A stretch of DNA of 64,000 nt, from assembly GCA_041577295.1 (NCBI GenBank), contig JBFGJG010000006.1:32001-96000 (forward strand), read 5' to 3'. The position numbers and the translations under genes are program-made. Origin of the DNA: Gemmatimonadales bacterium (GTDB lineage: Bacteria; Gemmatimonadota; Gemmatimonadetes; Gemmatimonadales; GWC2-71-9). Position 1 is the first letter of the stretch. Each line of letters opens with the position of its first letter. The notes under the pieces were generated by a model. The model had not been told where the DNA came from, searched no databases, and saw only the letters and a program-made list of their open reading frames with translations. Shown here piece by piece: positions 39,412 through 48,638 of the stretch.

Positions 39412-41111
39412 AGAGCGTTCTGCGTGCAGGCTCCGCGATCGCGTTGCTCGCAGCAATGTTGCCAGGCGTAGGCGCCGCGCAACGTAGGGACGCACCAGCT
39501 TCGAGTCGAGAACTCGAACGACTCCTCGCGACGCCGCTCGAGCAGCCACTGCGAGCCCACACGGTGTTTCTCGCCGACGACCTGCTGCGCGGGCGGGCGC
39601 CCGGAAGTGCAGGAGGAGAGGTCGCCGCCAAATACGTCGCGTCGCAGTTCGCAGCGATCGGACTGGAGCCGGCCGGTGAAGACGGCTCGTTCTTTCAAGA
39701 CGTCTCGCTCGTCGGTCTCACTCCTCAGGCCTCACTCGTCGTCGCTGCCGGTCGCAACACCACTCCGTTCCTATCGGGTCGCGACTACGTCGCGTGGCCG
39801 GGCCGCATCGATTCATCGTTTACGGTCGACGGCGACCTGGTATTCGTAGGGCATGGCATCCAATCTCCCGAGTGGAACTGGGACGATCTCAGTGGGGTGC
39901 CCCTTGCGGGCAGAATCCTGCTCTTCCTTGCGAACGACCCCGGCGTCGCTGATTCCACGTCGTTTCGCGGCGGAGCCATGACGTATTACGGTCACTGGCG
40001 GTACAAGTTCGAGCAAGCGGCACGGCTGGGTGCTGCGGGAGCACTCATCATTCACAACGATGATCGGGTTCCGTTTAGCTGGCCCGTCGTGCAGGCCACT
40101 TGGTCAGGCGAGCAGTTCATGTCCGCAAACCAACCTCAGACGACGCTCCGCTTCGGGGCGTGGATCACCGAGGCCGCGGCGCGGCGGCTCGTCGCAACCG
40201 TCGGTGTCGATTTTGACCTGCTATTGCGCCGTGCATTGCGCCCGGACTTTCGGGCCATCGATCTTGGCATCCGTGCCGCCGTGCACGTCAGGAGCCGCGT
40301 GCGCACAGTACGCTCGATGAATGTGGTCGCGCGACTTCCGGGAACCGATACACGGACGCTCGATCAGGCAGTCGTGTACGTAGCTCACTACGATCACTTG
40401 GGCGTGCGCGCCGCGGAGGGCGCCGACAGCATCTTCAACGGGGCGGTCGACAACGCCACCGGAGTGGCTACGCTACTGACCACCGCCGCCACACTCGCGC
40501 GGACGGCGACACCATTGGGACGCTCAATCGTGTTCGTGGCCACGACGGCCGCGGAGCCCAACCTCCTTGGCGCGGCCTCCTACATAAAAAGTCCCAGTGT
40601 CCCGGTCGAGCTCACGGCGGCAGTTTTCAACGTTGATGGAGCCAACGTGCTCGGGCCAACACGCGATGCTATGGCCGTTGGTCTCGGACACACCACGTTG
40701 GATTCGGTGTTCGCGCGCGCGGCGCGTGCCGAAAGCCTCGCGGTCACAACGGATCCGTATCCATCCCATGGACGCGTGTTCGCGTCGGATCACTTCGCGT
40801 TTCTGCAAGCGGGCGTTCCGGCACTGCAAGTAGGGAGTGCACTGGATTTCGTTGGGCGACCGGCGACCTGGGGGCTCGAGGAGTACCGCGATTACCGCAT
40901 GCATCGCTACCACCGACCGACCGACGAGTACAATCCGGAGATGGACTTTGCCGGGCTGGCACAGCAGGTCCGCGTGCTGGTCAGAATGGGGTGGGAGCTC
41001 GCCCGGGGTGACCAGTTTCCCGCCTGGTTCAGCCAATCTCCGTACCGGCCCGCAGGAGAGCAGCTCCGACTGAGACGCGAGCGTCGAGTGGTAACGGGGC
41101 AGAGGCCGTAA
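39408..41111 (+). CDS. M28 family peptidase homolog with PA domain
   Basis: AHYDHLG, NGAVDNATG, SDH, YH. The usual EE motif reads AE. Confidence 0.88.
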   Translation: MKSVLRAGSAIALLAAMLPGVGAAQRRDAPASSRELERLLATPLEQPLRAHTVFLADDLLRGRAPGSAGGEVAAKYVASQFAAIGLEPAGEDGSFFQDVSLVGLTPQASLVVAAGRNTTPFLSGRDYVAWPGRIDSSFTVDGDLVFVGHGIQSPEWNWDDLSGVPLAGRILLFLANDPGVADSTSFRGGAMTYYGHWRYKFEQAARLGAAGALIIHNDDRVPFSWPVVQATWSGEQFMSANQPQTTLRFGAWITEAAARRLVATVGVDFDLLLRRALRPDFRAIDLGIRAAVHVRSRVRTVRSMNVVARLPGTDTRTLDQAVVYVAHYDHLGVRAAEGADSIFNGAVDNATGVATLLTTAATLARTATPLGRSIVFVATTAAEPNLLGAASYIKSPSVPVELTAAVFNVDGANVLGPTRDAMAVGLGHTTLDSVFARAARAESLAVTTDPYPSHGRVFASDHFAFLQAGVPALQVGSALDFVGRPATWGLEEYRDYRMHRYHRPTDEYNPEMDFAGLAQQVRVLVRMGWELARGDQFPAWFSQSPYRPAGEQLRLRRERRVVTGQRP

Positions 41112-41130
41112 GCTTTTTTATCACAATGGG

Positions 41131-42330
41131 TTGAGCCGGATACTGGTTTATTTCCGGCAAAAAAGGTATGTTCCCGCCCGAATTCCCGCCCTCTTCATAT
41201 TGGCCAATCAGGAGCCGAAGCTGGAGCTACCAACTTCGCACCGCGTCCCCGTCAACTGGATACGCGACAACGCGTGTGCGCCCATTCGCTGGCGCACCGT
41301 CACCGAAATCCTGCCAAAGGGTGCGGCGACACCTGAGGACATCCGGCGACTGCGAGACGAGCTTCTTTCCTACAAGCGGGTCGTTCAGACTCTCAAGAAG
41401 CAGAAGGACGACGGAGTCTGGGGTGGCAACATCCTCGGTCTTGCCGCCGCGAAGGCACAGGGGATCAAAGATGTGGGCACCGTTGCGCAGTACCGTCATC
41501 TGCTCGAGCTCGGTGTGCCCATGGACTGCCGCGCTTATCGCTTCACGGACCGAGTGTTCTTTCGTCTCCTGTCCCGAGATGGCGACCCGGCCCTCATGTA
41601 CGAGTACCGTAAAGCCGTCAAGACCAATCCGGCGCTCGAGGCCTGGGGCCGCGATCTCATGCGGGAAGCCGCCACCGCGGCCCTCGCTCATTCAGGACAG
41701 TCCGAAGACCCTCGAATCCGTGGCTCGGCACACCGCATCGCCACGAGTATCTCGCAGTTCCTACGGAGTGAACTAGCGGAGAAACCGATCGCGAAGAAGG
41801 GTTCACGCAGCGTCCTAAACCCAGAGGCGCACCCTCCCACCGTCTTCTCGGTAGCGATGCTCGCGTACTTGCCCAACCTGCAGCGCGAGCGTGCAGGCTT
41901 TGTGGATCGGCTCGCGCAGTTCATTTCCCGACCGGCCCCGAAGCGCTCCTACTCAATCCAAATTGGGCGTAAGATCATCAAGCCCATATTCCATCTCCTG
42001 GGAGATCCGCTGCAGACCGACGCCGGTGGCAATCCCAAGGATGTGCCGTTCGCGCTTCACTGGATTGAGCTCCTTGTGCGCCTCGGCATGCTCGAGCACT
42101 CGCCGAGCGCACAGCGTGCCTTGGCGAGGCTGCTCAAGGATTGCGACGAAACGGGTCTTTGGAGCCCGAAGAACATCAGGGCGATTCCAAAGAGCGCTTC
42201 AGGGCTCGCGGATTTTGCGTTTCCGCTCGAGCTGGACGGGAGGACCCCCGAGCGCCGTAAGGCCGATGTGACGTTTCGACTCGCGCTGATCGCCAAGCTC
42301 GCCGGTTGGCAACTGGAGTATATCGCTTAA
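41131..42330 (+). CDS. Hypothetical protein
   Basis: Long ORF with coding-like codon use; true start probably about 41200-41221. Confidence 0.7.
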   Translation: MSRILVYFRQKRYVPARIPALFILANQEPKLELPTSHRVPVNWIRDNACAPIRWRTVTEILPKGAATPEDIRRLRDELLSYKRVVQTLKKQKDDGVWGGNILGLAAAKAQGIKDVGTVAQYRHLLELGVPMDCRAYRFTDRVFFRLLSRDGDPALMYEYRKAVKTNPALEAWGRDLMREAATAALAHSGQSEDPRIRGSAHRIATSISQFLRSELAEKPIAKKGSRSVLNPEAHPPTVFSVAMLAYLPNLQRERAGFVDRLAQFISRPAPKRSYSIQIGRKIIKPIFHLLGDPLQTDAGGNPKDVPFALHWIELLVRLGMLEHSPSAQRALARLLKDCDETGLWSPKNIRAIPKSASGLADFAFPLELDGRTPERRKADVTFRLALIAKLAGWQLEYIA

Positions 42331-42364
42331 CGGTCGACCTCCCGAGCACCCCCTCTTGCCTTGG

Positions 42365-42384
42365 GGAGTAGTAATTGCTACTCC
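42365..42384. promoter_or_regulatory. Palindromic operator upstream of the TrmB-family gene
   Basis: GGAGTAGTAATTGCTACTCC, 6 bp before GTG 42391. Confidence 0.6.
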
Positions 42385-42390
42385 TATGCA

Positions 42391-43071
42391 GTGGTCGACC
42401 TCACCCCATTCAACTTCACACCCACCGAGAGCCGGGTGTACGGGGCTCTCCTCGCCGAGGGAACGTCCTCGGGGTACAGCCTTGCCAAGGTGCTCAGCCT
42501 CGCCCGCGCAAACGTCTACCAGGCGTTGGATGGCCTCGTGGCCAAGGGCGCGGCGGTGCTGGAGGATGATGACACTCCTCGCCGATTCAGGGCGGTTGCG
42601 CCGAAGGCCCTCTTGGCCCTCGTAGCACAGCGTGAGGCGGCGCTTCTCGACCGGCTCGAGGAAGAGGTGTTCGCGGCTCGGGCTGAGGGTGCTGATCCGG
42701 TGATCCAGATCGAGGGTCGGCGAGCGTTCGAGCAAGTGGTGCTGAGGACCGCGGCAAAGCCAACGGGGGAGGTGCGGGCCGTGGCCACAGGACCCTTGCT
42801 CAAGGCGCTCACGCCAATATGGCGGAAGCGCGCAGCCGACGGCTCTCCGACGGTGCTGTTGAGCATCGGACCGGCCGAAGACCAGCTCCCCCTGCCGATC
42901 ATAGGAGCTGTCAGCCCGGAGCACTCATTCGGGATCCACGCGCTGATCATCACCCCGGATGCCGCGATCGCCGTTCATGGCGATCTTTCCGGGTATTGGT
43001 CTTCCGACCCCATCTTCATCTCCTTGGGAACCGCCGCGCTTGAGCTACTCGCCCAGCGGCGGGAGACTTGA
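42391..43071 (+). CDS. TrmB family transcriptional regulator
   Basis: FTPTESRVYGALL...GYSLAKVLSLARANVYQALDGLVAKG. Confidence 0.85.
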   Translation: MVDLTPFNFTPTESRVYGALLAEGTSSGYSLAKVLSLARANVYQALDGLVAKGAAVLEDDDTPRRFRAVAPKALLALVAQREAALLDRLEEEVFAARAEGADPVIQIEGRRAFEQVVLRTAAKPTGEVRAVATGPLLKALTPIWRKRAADGSPTVLLSIGPAEDQLPLPIIGAVSPEHSFGIHALIITPDAAIAVHGDLSGYWSSDPIFISLGTAALELLAQRRET

Positions 43072-43107
43072 CTACTCCAGCATGGCGGCCCACACTTCAG
43101 CTACTTT

Positions 43108-43119
43108 TCAACTAGTTGA
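43108..43119. promoter_or_regulatory. Probable TetR operator
   Basis: Perfect palindrome TCAACTAGTTGA immediately before the TetR gene. Confidence 0.6.
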
Positions 43120-43728
43120 TTGATCGTGCAAAGTGTGCAAGATCAACCTCGTAGGAGAAACCGCATATTGCAGGCGGCGCGTGCGGAGTTTGCGGCACGT
43201 GGCTTTGCGGGAGCGCGTACGGCGCAGATTGCTGAGCAGGCCGGGGTTAACAAGCAGCTCATCTTTTACTACTTCGGCTCAAAGCGCGGACTGTACGACG
43301 CGGTTCTTCGGACAGCGGGCGGAACTTTGCTGCGCTCGGCCCAGTCTACGGATTCGGACAGGCCCACGGGGACCCCGGCTGAGCGGCTTCGGGAAGGCGT
43401 GAGCGGACTCTATCGATCGCTGACGGACACGCCGGATTTGGCAGGGATCCTGTTTCGTGGAATTCGGGACCCGGGAATCGCCAGCGCATCTTTGGAGGCA
43501 TTCGTTCGCCAGCTGGTAGACGAGTTCCAGTCCATCATCTCGGAGGGTCAAGGGCTGGGATACTTTCGGGACGATGCCGATCCGGAACTAGCGGCTCGGC
43601 AGGCTGCTGTTCTCGCGCTTGGGTATCTGGCGTTGGAGGAGCAGATAGGAAAAGGCCCAGCACCAGAGCACCGGGCCGAATGGGTAGATCGCGCGTGTGA
43701 CCTGCTGATCAGGTCACTTTCCTGGTAG
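43120..43728 (+). CDS. TetR/AcrR family regulator
   Basis: EFAARGFAGARTAQIAEQAGVNKQLIFYYFGSK; start may be a slightly later GTG. Confidence 0.9.
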   Translation: MIVQSVQDQPRRRNRILQAARAEFAARGFAGARTAQIAEQAGVNKQLIFYYFGSKRGLYDAVLRTAGGTLLRSAQSTDSDRPTGTPAERLREGVSGLYRSLTDTPDLAGILFRGIRDPGIASASLEAFVRQLVDEFQSIISEGQGLGYFRDDADPELAARQAAVLALGYLALEEQIGKGPAPEHRAEWVDRACDLLIRSLSW

Positions 43729-43732
43729 CGAT

Positions 43733-46225
43733 CTAGTTCGGACTGGGAACCAGACCAACGTCTTCCTCCCGACTCATGGGCGGCGCCGCGCGTCGAGGCC
43801 GCTTCCGCAACGCCGCCTCGAACACTTCATCGAGCGACTCGACGGCGTGCACCGAGATCCGCGCACGCTCCTCGGGGGCGAGATCATCCAGGGCCGAGAG
43901 GTTCTCCTTTGGCAAAATGACGTTCGTTATGCCGGAGCGGCATGCGCCCAGCACCTTTTCCTTGACCCCCCCGATCGGCAACACACGCCCGGAGAGGGTG
44001 ATCTCGCCTGTCATCGCCACGTCGTGCCGCACGGGGACCCGAGACAAAGCGCTCACGAGTGCCGTCGCCATGGTGACCCCGGCAGATGGTCCGTCCTTTG
44101 GAATCGCACCTGCCGGCACATGCACGTGGATGTCTTTGTCCGTAAACATCTCGGGGGAAATCCCGAGCTCCTCGGCGTGTGACTTCGCATAGGTGAGTGC
44201 GGCACGCGCCGACTCTTTCATCACGTCGCCGAGGTGACCCGTGAGTACGAGGTTGTCCTTTCCTCTCATGACCGAGACTTCGACGAACATGATGTCACCG
44301 CCGACGGGCGTGTAGTACATGCCGGTCGCGATGCCCACTTGGTCCTCGTGCGCCGCACGCTCGGGATGCACTGTTGGCCGACCGAGCAGTTCGGCGATCT
44401 CTTCCAACGCGACAACAATGCGCGTCGACTCGCCGGCCGCCACACGGCGTGCCACCTTGCGGACGATCTTGCCGAGCTCTCGCTCGAGCTGACGGACACC
44501 CGCCTCACGCGTATACCTGGCGATGACCTCGCCGAGCGCACCGTCGGTCAGCTCGAGCTCGTCATTGTCGAGCCCACCTTCGGTGAGCTGACGTGGCAGG
44601 AGATACCGTCTGGCAATTGCTGTCTTCTCCCGCTCGGTATATCCCGTGAACTCAACGACCTCCATTCTGTCGAGCAATGGATCTGGGATATTGGCGCGGA
44701 AGTTTGCGGTTGCAATGAACAGCACTTCCGACAAATCGAACGGCACGCCCAGGTAATGATCGGTAAAGCTGTCGTTCTGAGCCGGATCCAACACCTCGAG
44801 CAGTGCCGAAGCGGGATCGCCCTGAAAGGACACGCCGAGCTTGTCGACTTCATCGAGCAAGAACACCGGATTCTTCGTGCCTGCCCGCTTCATGCCTTGG
44901 ATGATCCGACCGGACATCGCCCCGACATAGGTACGCCGGTGTCCTCGGATATCCGCCTCATCTCGGGCTCCACCAAGGGAAATCCGGACATACTCTCGAC
45001 CCATGGCGCGTGCAATGGACTTGGCTACAGAAGTCTTGCCGACTCCTGGCGGTCCGATGAACAACAGGATCGAACCTTTTGATCCACGGTCATCTTCGTT
45101 CCCGACGGTCTCTACGGTCTGTGACTCATTCGCCCGCCGATGCCGCAGCTGCCGAACCGCCAGGAACTCGAGGATTCGATCCTTGACATCCTGCAAGCCG
45201 TAATGGTCCTCATCGAGGACCTCGGCTGCTCGTGCGAGATCCAGTTTGTCCTCACTCCGCTCGTTCCAAGGCAACTCCGCGATCGTTTCCAGAAACGTCC
45301 GGATCACCTGAGATTCCATCGACTCACGTGGAGCCCGTTCGAGACGCGCTAACTCGCGATCGACCTCCTTGCGGGCCTCATCGGGAAGCTCAAGCTGCTC
45401 CAGTCTCTCGCGAAGCTCGTTGTCGGCATCGACATCGTCGTCACCCAACTCTTTTCGAATCGCCTTGAGCTGCTCGCGCAAAAACACTTCACGCTGGCGC
45501 TCGCCCAGTTCCTCCTGGACCTTGCTCTTGATGTGTTCCTGCGCTTCAAGCAGCTGCAGCTGCCGCTGCACATGAACGAGGACTCGTCGCAGGCGCTCCT
45601 CGACTCCCCGAGTTTCGAGCAGCGCCTGCCGCTCGGCGGTGGCAACGTCGATATAACCGGCGACGAGGTCGGCAAACCGGCCCGGATCGCTGACGCTCTC
45701 GAGCACCTGCTGCACGACGTCCTCCGGCAGTCCCGTTTTCTGTCCTAGCTCCGCCGCCCGCTCGCGGACCTCTTTGTGAAGAGCCAGGAAGGCGGCGTTG
45801 GCTTCATCGAGCGGACCGAGATCCGGCAGCTCGTCGACGATCGCCTCGATGTACCCTTCCGCCTCGTTGTACTGGAGAACGAACGCACGAAACTCGCCCT
45901 GAAGGAGGAGCTGCACGCCGCCGAGGCTTCGCTGCGCCTGGCCAATGCGCGCAACCGTTCCGGTGGTGTGCAGTCCCTCCGACCGGGCCTCGTCGACGTT
46001 TTCCAGCTGTGACACTGCGAAAATCAATCGGTCCTCACGTTTGAGTGAGGCCTCGATAGCACGAAGCGTCCCGGGACGTCCGGCACCGATTGGCGCGGTC
46101 ACTCCAGGGAACAGCACCATATCCCGTAGGGGAAGGACGGGTAGGCGGACCCGTCTCGTGGTCTTTCCGTCAGACATGGTTGTCATCTCTCCCGAATGCG
46201 AGTTCGGGTCAGTTAGCTCTGCCAT
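43733..46225 (-). CDS. lon: ATP-dependent Lon protease
   Basis: LPVLPLRD, GPPGVGKT, LLDEVDK, PKDGPSAG, GGVKEK. Alternative start 46177. Confidence 0.96.
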   Translation of the reverse strand: MAELTDPNSHSGEMTTMSDGKTTRRVRLPVLPLRDMVLFPGVTAPIGAGRPGTLRAIEASLKREDRLIFAVSQLENVDEARSEGLHTTGTVARIGQAQRSLGGVQLLLQGEFRAFVLQYNEAEGYIEAIVDELPDLGPLDEANAAFLALHKEVRERAAELGQKTGLPEDVVQQVLESVSDPGRFADLVAGYIDVATAERQALLETRGVEERLRRVLVHVQRQLQLLEAQEHIKSKVQEELGERQREVFLREQLKAIRKELGDDDVDADNELRERLEQLELPDEARKEVDRELARLERAPRESMESQVIRTFLETIAELPWNERSEDKLDLARAAEVLDEDHYGLQDVKDRILEFLAVRQLRHRRANESQTVETVGNEDDRGSKGSILLFIGPPGVGKTSVAKSIARAMGREYVRISLGGARDEADIRGHRRTYVGAMSGRIIQGMKRAGTKNPVFLLDEVDKLGVSFQGDPASALLEVLDPAQNDSFTDHYLGVPFDLSEVLFIATANFRANIPDPLLDRMEVVEFTGYTEREKTAIARRYLLPRQLTEGGLDNDELELTDGALGEVIARYTREAGVRQLERELGKIVRKVARRVAAGESTRIVVALEEIAELLGRPTVHPERAAHEDQVGIATGMYYTPVGGDIMFVEVSVMRGKDNLVLTGHLGDVMKESARAALTYAKSHAEELGISPEMFTDKDIHVHVPAGAIPKDGPSAGVTMATALVSALSRVPVRHDVAMTGEITLSGRVLPIGGVKEKVLGACRSGITNVILPKENLSALDDLAPEERARISVHAVESLDEVFEAALRKRPRRAAPPMSREEDVGLVPSPN

Positions 46226-46238
46226 GACCCCTCAAGAG

Positions 46239-46253
46239 GCACCTACTGTGCCA
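46239..46253 (-). promoter_or_regulatory. Possible sigma54 (-24/-12) promoter for lon
   Basis: TGGCAC-AGTAG-GTGC, one mismatch to TGGCAC-N5-TTGC. Confidence 0.35.
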
Positions 46254-46393
46254 TCCAAAACACCTATTCTTACAGTAAAACACCGCCAAGAATGGTCCTG
46301 TTCCTGCCATAATGGCGTGCACTTCGGTTTGGCGGGGAACGTGGGGTGCGATCGGGTGGTCGTGCGGGATCGCGCAGGCCCGAAACCGGGGGG

Positions 46394-46639
46394 CTAGGGA
46401 GCCTTTGGGGCGATGTTCAGGAGCGCGCGAAGCTCGCTGTCGGTGAGCTGTTCGAGTAAGCCGGCCCTGGTCGTGACTTCCCGTGAGGGCTCCCCTTTGT
46501 CCGACTCGCAGCTGAACCGTACGATGTCGGCGGGCTCGGGGAACGACGTCGTGCTCTTCTTCGGTGGAATCATCCCAGAAGTTCGCCCGACGCGCTCCAC
46601 GCACCACCGTCGCCCAGCATCGTCGGTAACCCAGCGCAT
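46394..46639 (-). CDS. Small hypothetical protein
   Basis: 81 aa, GAGGA RBS, C-terminal LEQLTDSELRALL. Confidence 0.65.
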   Translation of the reverse strand: MRWVTDDAGRRWCVERVGRTSGMIPPKKSTTSFPEPADIVRFSCESDKGEPSREVTTRAGLLEQLTDSELRALLNIAPKAP

Positions 46640-46722
46640 GAAGTCCTCGCAGTCGTGTAGCTCGCAGGTTGCCAGTGAGTTAGCGCAGGGTTAATCTACC
46701 GTCGGTTCTGAGCGGATGCCAC

Positions 46723-48594
46723 ATGGAAGAGGGAAAACTGGGCCCCGTCGCCGAGCGATTGGCGGGAGCCCTCGCGGGGTCTTACACGATCGAGGGCGAG
46801 ATCGGACGCGGGGGGATGGGGATCGTGTACAGTGCTCGGGACCTCAAGCTGAAGCGGCGAGTGGCGGTCAAGGTCCTCCCTCCAGAGCTGGCCTACCGCG
46901 ACGAGATTCGTAAGCGCTTCCTGCGCGAAGCACAAACCGCAGCACGTCTTTCCCATCCTCACATCGTCCCTATACACACCGTCGGCGACGATGGGGGCCT
47001 CGTCTATTTCATCATGGGATTCGTCGACGGCGAGTCACTCCAGGCACGCTTACGGCGTCGTGAGCGTCTTCCCGCTGAGGAAGTGCGACGCATCATGAAA
47101 GAGACGGCAGACGCGCTCGGACTGGCCCACGCCCTTGGAGTGATTCACCGCGATATCAAACCAGACAACATCCTGCTCGAGGGTACGCGGCGACGGGTCA
47201 TGGTAACCGACTTCGGAATCGCGAAAGCGGTTTCTGGGGTGGGACCCGGCACGCTCACCGGAACGGGTGTCGCCATCGGGACGCCGGCGTACATGAGTCC
47301 TGAGCAGGCAGCAGGCGAGCGCGAGATCGATGCGCGCAGCGACGTGTATGCGCTCGGCGTGGTGGGTTACGAGATGTTGACCGGTGAGGTGCCGTTCAAG
47401 GCGCCGACGGTCGCCGGCATGCTCATGAAGCAGATCACGGAGCCCGTACCGGATATCACGAGGATCCGAAACGATTGTCCCGAAGATTTGGCACTCACCA
47501 TCGCGCGTTGTCTGGAGAAAGACCCGGAGGATCGCTGGCCCACGGCCGACGCGTTGCGACGCGCGTTGGAGAATCGAACACCTGTACGGTACCGGCCACG
47601 ATCACAGCTATCACGAAGGCGGCCTCGACCTGCACCGGCTGGATCGCCCGGTCGAGATCGCGAATGGTGGGATTGGTTCGAGGACGATCGCTCCCGTTCG
47701 CGCCGACGTGGCAGCCGGCGCGAGCAGCGCGCTCTCGCCGCAAAGGGCGAGAAGGCGACGGATATCCGACACACGGGGGAGCCAGATCTCGTCAGGAAGT
47801 TCCGCGCCAACTTCGCATCCTACGTATCGGTGAACGGTGGACTCCTCCTGATGAACATCATCGCACCCGGGCTGGGGACGCCGTGGTTTCTGTTTCCCGC
47901 AATAGGATGGGGAATCGGTCTCGCGTCGCAGTACGGTAAGTTATGGTCGGAAGGGTACAGCATGCGTGACGTTCTGAACCGGCCGCCAGCACCAGACGCG
48001 TTGCCTGGACCAGCCGAGAGCAAGCCCGGTCAGCTACCGGCCGCGCGGCTTCCTGAGCCCACCTCTGGGGAGTTCGGTAAGCTCGCCGGCCAAATACAAC
48101 AGATGCAGCGAGACCGCACCGCCGTGCTACAAATCATTCAGCGACTGCCCGAGTCCGAGAAGCAAATGCTGCCCGATGTCCTGCCAACGGTTGAATCTCT
48201 ATTGAGCCGCGCCGTTGAGCTTGCACGCACACTGCAGCAAATGGAAGGCAACGTCGACCAGGAGGCACTCGAGCGCCTCGAGCAACGTGTCGCCGAACTG
48301 GAGGGTCAGAGCAACGATCCAGAAGCGGACCGCCGGCTCGACCTGTTGACACGCCAGCGGGGAGTGCTCGCCGAACTCGTCGATCGCCGCTCCCGAGTCG
48401 AAGCGCAGTTCGAGTCATGCGTCCTGGCAGTGCAGAACGTGCGCTTTGACCTACTCCGGTTGCGCTCGGCCGGGGTTGCCGCAGTGCTGGACGACCTCAC
48501 CTCGGCGACGCAACAAGCCCGAGCACTGCAGATCGACGTCGAGGCCGCTATCGACGCCGCCAGCGAGATCAAGCAAGCATTAGGAAAAATCTAG
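46723..48594 (+). CDS. Hanks-type Ser/Thr protein kinase with 2TM domain and C-terminal coiled coil
   Basis: GRGGMG, VAVK, HRDIKPDN, DFG, GTPAYMSPEQ. Confidence 0.93.
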   Translation: MEEGKLGPVAERLAGALAGSYTIEGEIGRGGMGIVYSARDLKLKRRVAVKVLPPELAYRDEIRKRFLREAQTAARLSHPHIVPIHTVGDDGGLVYFIMGFVDGESLQARLRRRERLPAEEVRRIMKETADALGLAHALGVIHRDIKPDNILLEGTRRRVMVTDFGIAKAVSGVGPGTLTGTGVAIGTPAYMSPEQAAGEREIDARSDVYALGVVGYEMLTGEVPFKAPTVAGMLMKQITEPVPDITRIRNDCPEDLALTIARCLEKDPEDRWPTADALRRALENRTPVRYRPRSQLSRRRPRPAPAGSPGRDREWWDWFEDDRSRSRRRGSRREQRALAAKGEKATDIRHTGEPDLVRKFRANFASYVSVNGGLLLMNIIAPGLGTPWFLFPAIGWGIGLASQYGKLWSEGYSMRDVLNRPPAPDALPGPAESKPGQLPAARLPEPTSGEFGKLAGQIQQMQRDRTAVLQIIQRLPESEKQMLPDVLPTVESLLSRAVELARTLQQMEGNVDQEALERLEQRVAELEGQSNDPEADRRLDLLTRQRGVLAELVDRRSRVEAQFESCVLAVQNVRFDLLRLRSAGVAAVLDDLTSATQQARALQIDVEAAIDAASEIKQALGKI

Positions 48595-48638
48595 AGGGGA
48601 TAAAAGGGTCAGAGGGGAGAACGACGGTGCTCTCCTCT
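48593..48638. terminator. 9-mer repeats plus hairpin between convergent genes, possible bidirectional terminator
   Basis: AGAGGGGAT AAAAGGGTC AGAGGGGAG; 48611-48619 pairs with CTCTCCTCT (48630-48638). Confidence 0.5.

Noticed and set aside
41142..41157. ACTGG-TTTATT-TCCGG as another TTCGG-N6-TTCGG box
   Set aside because: Four mismatches, and the downstream gene has no evident repair role.
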